Below, piece after piece: positions 55,107 through 64,000 of a stretch of DNA of 64,000 nucleotides. The stretch spans positions 3,162,001-3,226,000 of the forward strand of contig OZ251226.1 in the NCBI GenBank assembly GCA_965240325.2, in the 5' to 3' direction. Both the position numbers and the translations under genes were made by a program. A model generated the notes under the pieces. The model did not search any database. It had not been told where the DNA came from and saw only the letters and a list, made by a program, of their open reading frames with translations. Every line of letters begins with the position of its first letter. Position 1 is the stretch's first letter. The stretch is from Rebecca billardiae RCC1528 (taxonomy: Eukaryota; Protista; Haptophyta).

Positions 55107-57530
55107 ATGAATGCCCTGGCAGCCGCGCGCCGGTCTGAGCGGGAGGACGGCCCGCTCGACGTGCTGCTACGCAAGTACGATGCCGAGCCCCCCTTCCCGC
55201 GCGACGCGCCCGTCGACGGCGTGGTCGACGAGATCAGCGCGGCGGACGTGCTCGAGCTGCGCGAGCGCATGCGCGCGGCGGCCGCGGCCGAGGACTACGG
55301 ATACGCGAGCCAGCTCAAGCGCGCGGAGACGGACCTGATGACGCTGGGTGCGGAGATCCTGCGCGTGGATAACGAGCGCGTCGCCGCCATCGCGTGCGAC
55401 GAGTTCGACGAGGCGAAGGCGCTCGCCCTCAGGAAGGTTTGGCTGCAACGCGATGCGGCGCGGCGCAAGGCGCTGGCCATCGCCGCACGCGGCGACCCAT
55501 CGCCCGTGCGGCTGGAGCCACCGCCCGAGCGGGTGGGCTCGGACGCGGACCTCGACCTGGCCGAGCCCCTCGCCGACGCCGACCGCGCGCTCGCCGAGCC
55601 GCTGATCGAGGCCTTCGGTCTGCGGATCGCGACGGCCGCGCTCTCACAGCACTGGCGCGCGCGCGCGGCCGCGCTGGCGCAGATGGCGCAGCAGCTGGAG
55701 CGCGATGGCGAGGCGCCCGCGCGCGCGCTCGAGGCCGATGTTGCGCTCGCCGCGGTCGCGCCCGTGCGCCGCGCGCTCTCGTCCGAGCCCGTGCTCCCGC
55801 ACTCGGTGCTCGCGGCATGCACGTTTGTGAGCGCACTCGCCTCGGGCGCGGAGCGCGCGCGCGCGCATGCGGATGGGGAGCCGGCCAGTGGCACAGGCGC
55901 GATGGGCGATCGCAGCTCGCTCGACGGCTTCGTGCGCGCGGGCGTGCTCACTGCCCTTGTCGCCCGCGCCGCCGACGCCCACGAGCCATCCCGCGCCGCT
56001 GTCTCCACGGCCGCGCACGCGCTTCTCAACTCGGCCGCCGTGCCGCCCGCCGAGGCGGTGCCGGCCGCGCTGCGCCTCTTCGAGGAGGGCGCCGAGGGCG
56101 AGGGCGGAGGGCGGCCGTGGCGCGTGTCGGTGCTGTCGCTGCAGATGCTGCGCGTCGCCGCGGAGCGCACCGCCCTCGCCGCCGACGCCGCTGCTGCCCG
56201 TGCCGCCGCATCGGCGAGCAGCGGTGTCGACGGAGCACAGGGCGGCGACCGCGCCGTCGCAGCCGCGCAGCCGCCGGCAGCAGACGACGACGCGGCCTCG
56301 CAGGAGGAGGGCATGGTGCAGATCATCGTGCGGCACCTGCGGCACGCCAAGTCAGAGGTGCGCGTGGCGGCAGTCGAGGCGGCCGCCTCCGTGCACGCCC
56401 TCTCGGCCGACGCGTCCGAGGCCATCTTCGCCGCCGCGCCGGAGTCGCTCGGCAAGCCGCTCGCAGTCGCGTGCGCGCGCGCGGCGGCGGCGCGCGAGCA
56501 GGCGGCCGCAGAGCTGCGTGCGCAGGCGGCGGTAGCGTCGAACGCGATGTTCGGTATGTTCGGCTGGGGCGGCGGGGCGCAGCAGCCTCGCCCATCAGAG
56601 GCGGCATCAGCTGATGACGACGCGAGCCGGGCCGAGCAGCGCACTGCGGAGGCGGCTGCGGCGGAGCGTGCGGCGGCAGCAGCCGCGGAGGCGGAGGCGG
56701 AGGCCGCTCTCGCCGCAGAGCGGACGGCGGCGGAGGCGGCGGCGGCGCGTGCGGCGGAGGCGGGGGCGGAGGCCGAGCGAGTGGCCGCAGAGACCGCCCG
56801 GCGCGAGGCTGCCCAGCGCGCGACGGAGGAGGCGGCCGCAGAGCAGCAGGCGGCAGCTGAGCGGGCGGAGGCTGAGCGCGCGGCAGCGGCGGCTGCAGAG
56901 CAGCAGGCGGCAGCTGAGCGGGCGGAGGCTGAGCGCGCGGCAGCGGCGGCCGCAGAGCAGCAGGCGGCAGCTGAGCGGGCGGAGGCTGAGCGCGCGGCAG
57001 CGGCGGCTGCAGAGCAGCAGGCGGCAGCTGAGCGGGCGGAGGCTGAGCGCGCGGCAGCGGCGGCCGCAGAGCAGCAGGCGGCAGCTGAGCGGGCGGAGGC
57101 TGAGCGCGCGGCAGCGGCGGCTGCAGAGCAGCAGGCGGCAGCTGAGCGGGCGGAGGCTGAGCGCGCGGCAGCGGCGGCCGCAGAGCAGCAGGCGGCAGCT
57201 GAGCGGGCGGAGGCTGAGCGCGCGGCAGCGGCGGCCGCAGAGCAGCAGGCGGCAGCTGAGCGGGCGGAGGCAGAGCGCGCGACGGCAGAAGCTCAGGCAA
57301 CTGACACTGCGGCCCTGGATGCACAGGCGGCCGCTGAACGAGAGGCGGCCATGGCAAGAGAGGCGGAGCGCGCGGCTGCGATGCGGCGCATCCAGGAGGA
57401 GCGCGCGGCAACACGCATGCAAGCTGCCGAGCGAGGGCGCGCCACACGGACCAAGATGCTGGCGCCATCCATGCCGGGCGCGCGACTTGCCCGCCGTGTC
57501 CCGCCGCCTGCACCGCCGCCAGCGACGTGA
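55107..57530 (+). CDS. CEP104-like protein (coiled-coil + TOG/HEAT) with Ala/Glu tandem repeat and IQ-like motif
   Basis: AAAEDYGYASQLK...LGAEI...AAIACDEFDEAK and AEPLIEAFG...SQHWRARAAAL resemble the CEP104 central region. AATRMQAAERGRATR is IQ-like. Confidence 0.65.
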   Translation: MNALAAARRSEREDGPLDVLLRKYDAEPPFPRDAPVDGVVDEISAADVLELRERMRAAAAAEDYGYASQLKRAETDLMTLGAEILRVDNERVAAIACDEFDEAKALALRKVWLQRDAARRKALAIAARGDPSPVRLEPPPERVGSDADLDLAEPLADADRALAEPLIEAFGLRIATAALSQHWRARAAALAQMAQQLERDGEAPARALEADVALAAVAPVRRALSSEPVLPHSVLAACTFVSALASGAERARAHADGEPASGTGAMGDRSSLDGFVRAGVLTALVARAADAHEPSRAAVSTAAHALLNSAAVPPAEAVPAALRLFEEGAEGEGGGRPWRVSVLSLQMLRVAAERTALAADAAAARAAASASSGVDGAQGGDRAVAAAQPPAADDDAASQEEGMVQIIVRHLRHAKSEVRVAAVEAAASVHALSADASEAIFAAAPESLGKPLAVACARAAAAREQAAAELRAQAAVASNAMFGMFGWGGGAQQPRPSEAASADDDASRAEQRTAEAAAAERAAAAAAEAEAEAALAAERTAAEAAAARAAEAGAEAERVAAETARREAAQRATEEAAAEQQAAAERAEAERAAAAAAEQQAAAERAEAERAAAAAAEQQAAAERAEAERAAAAAAEQQAAAERAEAERAAAAAAEQQAAAERAEAERAAAAAAEQQAAAERAEAERAAAAAAEQQAAAERAEAERAAAAAAEQQAAAERAEAERATAEAQATDTAALDAQAAAEREAAMAREAERAAAMRRIQEERAATRMQAAERGRATRTKMLAPSMPGARLARRVPPPAPPPAT
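56838..57280 (+). repeat. Coding minisatellite, 57 bp x ~8 (AEQQAAAERAEAERAAAAA)
   Basis: Units start at 56838, 56895, 56952, 57009, 57066, 57123, 57180 and 57237. Confidence 0.95.
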
Positions 57531-57730
57531 TCATTTTTATTATCACTATCAGCTTTCCCAGTAGGAAGGCGCCGATCGGCAATCTGCCTCACGACCGTCG
57601 ACCTCGGCGTGCACAGTACAGCCGCCTGCTTCAGAGGCATGAGGGCCAGGTCGGAGGATCCGCCAGGCGCCATCGTGGTCCTGTGAGTGTGACGCGGGCC
57701 ACGCGGCCCACGGGCGCATGGCTGCCGGAC

Positions 57731-59194
57731 ATGCCTCGCAAGCGTGTCCGCGATGAGCGCGGCCGCCCAGAGGAGGCGGCCGCGGCGTCCGGCGCGGGTG
57801 GCGGCAGCTTCTACGACGCGGACGAGACTAGTCGCTACTCGGCCGCCGCCGCGCGCACAGGCGTGCAGCGCGAGCTCACGCAGCGAGCGCTGCGCACGCT
57901 TCACTGGCTGTCGGGCTGGGCCGAGGGCGAGCGGCGCGTGCTGCTCGAGCTCGGCTGCGGCGCGGGCGCGAGCACAGAGGTTGCCGAGGAGATCGGGCAC
58001 CGCGTCATCGGGCTCGACAGCTCGATGAGCATGCTCCGCGCGCGGCCGCACACGCCGTGCAACGACGTGCTTCATTGGGATCTTTGCGCTGGGCTTCCGC
58101 TGCGCAGCGGTGCGCGCTTCGATGGCGGCTTCTCGATCTCGGCGCTGCAGTGGCTGCTCGCGCCGCCGGCGGGCGAGAGCGCGCGTGCACAGGCACTCTT
58201 CGCCGCGCTGCACGCCAGCCTGGCTGACGGCGCCCACTTCGTCGCGCAGATTTTCCCGAGGGCGCCGGCAGATGCGGCGGCGCTCGTGTGTGCAGCGCGG
58301 CGCGCAGGGTTTGGCGGTGGCCGTGCGTTCGCGATGGTGGACATGCCACACGCGAACCGGTCGATGCGGCTGTACCTGTGCCTGTGCAAGGCTGCCCTCG
58401 GCGCGGAGCCGCCGCCCGCCGCCCCGCCGCTCTGCCCGTGCGCCTGGCCGCTCGGTGCGACGTGCGCGCTCGCCCTGAGGGCGGAGCGGACGGCGCGCGC
58501 CGGCGCGGGCGGAGGGGTGGCGTGCGCGGGGGGCTGTGCTGAGCTCGGCGCGGGGTCCGACACATGCCTTGAGCGCCTGCGTGCGCTGCACTACGGGCAC
58601 GCGCGCCGCGCCCAAGGCCAGCTGCAGCAGCTGTGGGCAAGCTCCGGCCTCAGCAGCGCGGCGCAGGCGGAGCGACGAGCGTGGCTCAGCGCCACGGCGG
58701 AGGATGGCCCTGACCCCGCGGAGGCTGATGCGGCGCTCGCAGGCGCTACCGCCGCTTTGGGCGGCTCGGCCTGCGCGGCGGTGGGCACGGGACTTCAAGC
58801 GCCTACCGGCGAGCGAGCGCGCAGCATGACGACCAAGAGAGATGACGCGGCGCCGCCCCCTGCCGGTGCGACCCCCACGCAGCTCGATGCGTCAGGCGCT
58901 CAGCTGGAGGTTGAGCAGGCGCTGTACAGACGGCGCGCGCTCGTGGAGGCGTGGTTCGCCGGAGAGGCCAAGGCGCACGCGCGCCAGCTCGGGGAAGCCT
59001 GGGCCGAGGCGCACGGGGAGGGCGTGGGTGCCGTGGCCCGAGCCGCCGAGGCGGAGGTGCACGCTCTGAGCTCGCTCCGCTGCTTCGGGATCGACGGCGC
59101 GGCAGCCGATCTGTATCTCGCCAGGCCCCCACAGCGCCGCGGCCGTGGGCCACCGCACAGGCTGGGGCCTTCAGGCGAGCAGCATCAGTCCTAG
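57731..59194 (+). CDS. BUD23: BUD23/WBSCR22-like SAM methyltransferase with atypical C-terminal extension
   Basis: RPEE...FYDADETSRY...VQRELTQRAL, LLELGCGAGAS, GHRVIGLDSSMSML, DLCAGLPLR...FDGGFSISALQWL, LFAALHASL, AGFGGG...VDMPH. Confidence 0.72.
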   Translation: MPRKRVRDERGRPEEAAAASGAGGGSFYDADETSRYSAAAARTGVQRELTQRALRTLHWLSGWAEGERRVLLELGCGAGASTEVAEEIGHRVIGLDSSMSMLRARPHTPCNDVLHWDLCAGLPLRSGARFDGGFSISALQWLLAPPAGESARAQALFAALHASLADGAHFVAQIFPRAPADAAALVCAARRAGFGGGRAFAMVDMPHANRSMRLYLCLCKAALGAEPPPAAPPLCPCAWPLGATCALALRAERTARAGAGGGVACAGGCAELGAGSDTCLERLRALHYGHARRAQGQLQQLWASSGLSSAAQAERRAWLSATAEDGPDPAEADAALAGATAALGGSACAAVGTGLQAPTGERARSMTTKRDDAAPPPAGATPTQLDASGAQLEVEQALYRRRALVEAWFAGEAKAHARQLGEAWAEAHGEGVGAVARAAEAEVHALSSLRCFGIDGAAADLYLARPPQRRGRGPPHRLGPSGEQHQS

Positions 59195-59284
59195 TATACT
59201 TATTCGTGATTTATTATTGGCTCCGGAGGATGTGGCGCCGGCCGCGGCGTATCGCGCACGGCTTAGGCTACTGAGTACTGAGTA

Positions 59285-62200
59285 TAGGGGGGCCAAAGTG
59301 GCACTGTGACGTGACTGACGGCTACGAGCGCTGGTCCTAGCGACGAGTGTTTAGCGCTGAATTGGGGCTGGATCATATGCCCTCTGGAGGGGTCTGGGCC
59401 AGCCAAGTAAAAAAATCAGGTGCACATACCCTGAATATAGGGCGTAACGGCTAGCATATGTACTGATTAGAATGAGCCTGAACTTATTGAAAACGGCATG
59501 TAACGGCTGTCTTATATGTGACATATAGACCATGTCGACTTCACTTTGATAGAGCATCTCGGCGAGATCGTTCTGAGTCCCCAGCAGCAGCAGGTCCCAA
59601 CATGCGATATAGGCTGTGTACTGGCAGGCTGTCAAACACGTAGTTTCCCGGAAGCCACTGGTCGTTACATACCCACCGTGTATATAGACGCCATGCTGAT
59701 GAATACAGTCTCGTCTGATCTCGAGCCGCGAGATACGTTTTCAGACTGTGTATACGGCCATGCGTACGGCGTATTGCAGACATAGTAGACCCAAAGCACC
59801 GGCCCCATGTCCTCAGCCCGGGAGTACTCTCGGTCATAATCAAGGTTTAAAGTCACTCGAGCCAACCGTCACCGCTCCATGGCCGAGACCTACTCTCGGT
59901 CATAATCAAGGTTTAAAGTCACTCGAGCCAACCGTCACCGCTCCATGGCCGAGACCTACGAGGCAGGTCAAATCTGTCGTCGTCGCAGTGCGGCACAGTG
60001 CCGAGCATGCGATTCGGCAGCAAACGCCTGCTCCAGGTGGTGGCTGGCGTCTCTGCACCAAACCAGGCCGGATGGGATCGGTCCATATATGTACGCCCTA
60101 CCCTGTTCCGCGCTATTCCTGGGCGTTGGGGCGGATATTCGGCCTACAGAGGCTGATCCGGCGCTGTTCGGCGCTCCTGTCTGGCTGCGCGGAGCCCAAT
60201 GGCAAGCGCCGGCGTGTGCAAGGTGTCAAGATTGAGACGGTCTCTGACGCTCCCGCCGGTCTTGGGCGCACCACGGTGCATTGAGGCCCATCTGCGTCTG
60301 TTTCTGCAGGCATGCGCGTCACAGGGGCGCGCTTGTAGGCACGGTCGAGTGCACGTCGGACCTGTCGAATGAGCCATCCGCTGCCTGCGAGCACGTCCGC
60401 GACGTCCTGAGAGGCGAATGGGAGGCGCCCCGACGCCATCTGGGGGCACGCGTGACCCATGCCCAACGTGCTGACCATCGCAAGTGCCACGGCAGGTGCA
60501 AACACGGGCCCTACGAGCGGAACATGACAGTTGCGGGCTCCGCGGAGGTGTTGCGCGCGAGCTCGCGCCGGTCTGCTGACGGCGATTCCGGCGCAGCACG
60601 GCAGGTTAGGCGAGCTGGGCATCCACGGATACACATGAACACTTGGGGCGAGCATCGATCTGGCCGGGGCGAGTTGATCTTGAGCCACAAGGAGGGGTAG
60701 CGTGACGGGCGTACGCAGCGCAGCAATTCAAGCCGGCCGACGCGCGCCGCGCACAGCGCGAGGTGGCCAAGAACCGGGTGGTGAGCCGCTGGTGGCGCAA
60801 AGACAAGGGTCAGAAGCGCCCACCAGGGTCACGCGCGCGCGTTCCCAAGACCATCTCGGCGTATCATGGGACGCGAGCGCGCGGCGGTCCACTGCCTCCG
60901 GCCGCTCGTGCTCGAGCGGAACCGAGCTCTGAGCGCCCCCAACGCGTCGGAGCTCGATTTTCGAGCGGGGTCCGAGAAAAAGGCTCCGCGCCACCCTCCG
61001 ATTGTCTCCGAAGGCCGAGGGCTTGGGGAGCAAACCCTCGGGATCGGGCGATGGCGACCAATCTGGCACGCACCACGCGCGCTGCGCAGGCTGATGCGCG
61101 GCCCTCGCGGCGCGCACGCTCGCGCGCGCTGGGCGGATGGCACCGGGAGACATGGAGGATCATCCCCGTCCCTTCTCGCCCCGCACTCTCGCCTCTCTCC
61201 GCCGCGCAGGACCTGTTGCATTACGCCCGGCCCGGCCCGGTCTGCGGCCGCGCGCTCTCGAGGCTGCGCGCGTGGCCCATCCAGGGCGAGTTTCGAGGCG
61301 CTCTCGAGCTTGGCACGTCGGGGCATATACATGGGCAACTGCCGCAAGCGCTCGCGCCCGTGCGCGTGGCGAGTCGCCGGCGCTGGGCGATCTACTGAGG
61401 GTCGTGCAGTGTCGCAACTCAGCCGTCGACCGAGCTGCCATCCGCGTAGGGGTGCGTGCGCGCCCACTTACGGTCACGTCGGCGCGTCGAGGTGGGCAGA
61501 TTGCGGCCTATAGATGCTGCTACGATCATAGTAGGCGGCGTCGATCGCGAGCGTGCGTGCGGTAGCCTGAGCTGAGGCGCCGGTCGGTGCGCCGCGGCCG
61601 CCCGGGCGGCGCCGGGCACGACGACCGGAGTCAGAGGCGGCCGCAGACCGGGCGAGCGTGGTCGTGCGTTCGCTCAGGAGCTGATGGCGGCAGTCGTCGA
61701 CGGCGACGGGGCGGGCGCTTGTGCGCGAGGCTCGTCGTGGCCTGCAGCTTCGGCGAGCGTGCACTTCGTGCCGACGTGCGTGAGGATCGACTGGCTGCAA
61801 GCCTTGCTACAGGTTCGGGCGACATGCGTGCCCAACCGACGCGCCGCCGCCGCCGGCCAAAGCGAGGCGGCGGCTGCGCGCGCCTGCGCGCGCTGCTCGA
61901 GCTCATGCACCTTGGCCGGGAAGCTCGCGCCCATGCCTTACAAGGCTGCGGCGATCGCGGCGAGCTCCGGGCGCGCTCGGCGCGCAGCGCAGGCGCAGCT
62001 TGGCCGACCATCTTGCCGTGCGCGAGCAGTTGCTGCACGACGGTGAGCACGGCGTCGGCGGTCATCCATGGCACCTGCGACAGATGCTGGCGACCGGACA
62101 TATGCCTGGCCACACGCTGAGCCTCGGCCAGCTGCCTGCGGTGCGTCTGGGCTTTGAGCAGCAGGTAGTGAGTCGGCGCCGTCAGTTCAGCAGCGCCGAG

Positions 62201-63491
62201 GCGCACGCCTTGCAGGAACCGGCCGTCCACAAAGCACACGCGGCTGGTGAAGTTGTGCGGGAGCCACTGCGGCGCGAAGATGGCAAAGAGTAGGCGGTCA
62301 GGCGCCTGCGCATGCCACGCGCTCGGCAGTGCGGCCTCGTTGTCCGCCGTGAGCGCGAGCGCGTACACGTCGAGGCCGCCGGCCGAGCCGATGACGACGA
62401 GCGCAGCGTCCCACTGTCCAGGGTCGCCGTCTTCGAGGAGGAGGTCGATCTGGGGCAGAGATGGCAGCGCGGCGCTCGCCTGGCCCTCGTCAGGCTGCGC
62501 GCTTATCCGCGCGGCAGCTTCGAGCAGCGTACCTCCCGCCGTCAGCGCCGCAGGGCAGCGGCGGCCACAACCACGCGAGGGCCGAAGTCCAACGGACTCG
62601 CCGAGCGGGCAGGGGTGCGCCGCGACGGGCCGGGGGGGGGGTCGCGGCGCACCTCGCTCGCCCGATCCTGAGGCTTGCAAACCAAGCCCCCCAAAACGGG
62701 ATGGCGAGCACTGGGCGACGCGAGGGCCCGCCTGCGCAGCGCTCCCAAGGCCGCATGCGGGCGTGACAGCCGTGCGCGGGCACTTTGTGGGGGCTAGAAG
62801 ACCCGTAGGCAGCAATCGTGCCGCCTCGCCGACGCCCTCGCCGCCCTCTCCGCGCGCAGAGACCTGCCGGATGGCAAGCGCAGTTCTGGAGAAGGCCTGT
62901 CCGACGAGCGTGATGGGCACGCGTGCGCCCCTGGGGCATTCAAAGGTCGGCTTTTTCGCTTCTGCGAGATGGGCATGGGAGTACTCAATATCACTGCTTC
63001 GCCGGCAGCCATGCCGACATCGATCAGACCGCGCACACACGCTCGACAGCTGGCAGGCCAGCAACCGGTTGAAATGGCGGCGCGCGTGATCACAAGGCTG
63101 TCGGCGAGGAGACCGCAGTGCGAGCCAAAGGAGGGCGCGCAAGACATGCATCTCGGTCGTGAGGCGTGCATGAGCCGCGAGCACGGGCACGACGTGCACG
63201 GCAAAGCCCGTCATGCGCCTCGACGCGCACGCGCCGCGGCGGACGACCGAGCAGGGCGCGCGCAGGCTGGCCTTCTTGGCGGCGGCTGTCCGGGAGTGCC
63301 CGCGCACGCGCAACGCGTATTCAAAGAGCTCCCGGAAGGCATCGACTCCTAAGGGACGGTGCCTTTCGCCGCGCGAGGGGTTTGGGGGGCTTGGTTTGCA
63401 AGCCTGAGGGTTTGCTCCCCCAGCCGAGGGAGGAGCGAAAATGCGCCGCGGCTTTGATTTTCTTTTTTAAATGAGCGGTTTGGCCCCCCTA
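59285..63491. mobile_element. Putative 4.2-kb DNA transposon with 13-bp perfect TIRs (TAGGGGGGCCAAA), hAT-like termini, decayed internal ORFs
   Basis: 59285-59297 is the reverse complement of 63479-63491. Right-end subterminal motifs recur inverted internally (63381-63405 vs 62671-62695, 25 bp; 63406-63420 vs 61025-61039, 15 bp). Confidence 0.55.
59825..59956. repeat. Perfect 66-bp tandem duplication
   Basis: TACTCTCGGTCATAATC...CCATGGCCGAGACC at 59825 and 59891. Confidence 0.93.
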
Positions 63492-63874
63492 GCTACTGGC
63501 GGCACCATATATATATCAATCAAGCAGAACTTGACGTGGAGTCCCGGAGGCCGGGGCGAGGCCCGGGCGAACGGCCCGCCGGGCGGGCCCGCGGGGGCGG
63601 CGGCGCGTCAGCAGCACTCACTAGCAGTGTCTGCAGTCTCAGCATACTGGCACGCGTAGCTTCGGCCGGATATATGCGGACTGAGCGGGACTGCTGTATG
63701 ATATATGATAGTGCTGCTGCTGATTACTGAGCAGTATACGCCAATATATGACGTGCGATTGTATTAAATATATATGCATGTATTGTCCGCGTAGTCGTAT
63801 TGATGCCCAGGCTGCTGCCCGGGACTCCGGTCCGCAATGCTCCGGGCGCACTCGGGACCTGGTTCTGTCTGTGT

Positions 63875-64000
63875 TCAGAAGTCGGCGTCCCACATCCCAG
63901 TAGAGACCATGAGCGCTCGGAACTCTTCCTTATCGAGCAGCGTATCCTCGTCGCGGTCCGATTTGCTGAACATCTCCTGGATCTCGTCGGCGGTGAGGAA
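63875..64000 (-). CDS. 3' end of an EF-hand protein (gene continues beyond the window)
   Basis: FLTADEIQEMFSKSDRDEDTLLDKEEFRALMVSTGMWDADF*, with EF loop DRDEDTLLDKEE. Confidence 0.8.
   Translation of the reverse strand, partial: FLTADEIQEMFSKSDRDEDTLLDKEEFRALMVSTGMWDADF

Noticed and set aside
59300-60002. 9-bp inverted repeat GGCACTGTG / CACAGTGCC around the AT-rich block
   Set aside because: Short, poorly extendable and without a TSD; may be chance.

Overview
Very GC-rich eukaryotic nuclear DNA, not prokaryotic. It has short (95-188 nt) GC-rich GT-AG introns, one GC-AG intron, signal or signal+transit presequences and cilium-type genes. This best fits a haptophyte-like alga with a complex plastid (inference). 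About 20 protein genes are supported: a TM/LEA2-like/C2/L-lectin protein, a cNMP-binding protein, GH92 alpha-mannosidase, GT31, QPRT/NadC, GT29 sialyltransferase-like, NSDHL, XRN, lipin, SCYL1, a plastid methyltransferase, a Cys-repeat surface protein, a MYND finger protein, a 6TM-TIR-TM-C-type-lectin protein, METTL21-like, CEP104-like, BUD23-like and an EF-hand 3' end. Five pairs are head-to-head, <250 bp apart. Two gene-poor zones (about 15.9-26.3 kb and 59.2-63.6 kb) hold TIR-bounded elements and decayed ORFs. Best novelty candidates: (1) a receptor-like fusion of a multi-TM anchor, a TIR-like domain with the WCxxE glutamate and an extracellular C-type lectin; (2) a compact XRN exoribonuclease with a bipartite plastid-type presequence; (3) a 2-kb element whose CAC-starting termini resemble RAG/Transib signal sequences; (4) a 167-nt fold-back over the GT31 stop codon. 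Most long ORFs in the supplied track are GC-driven shadow frames. All protein calls come from motif recognition, with no database search.
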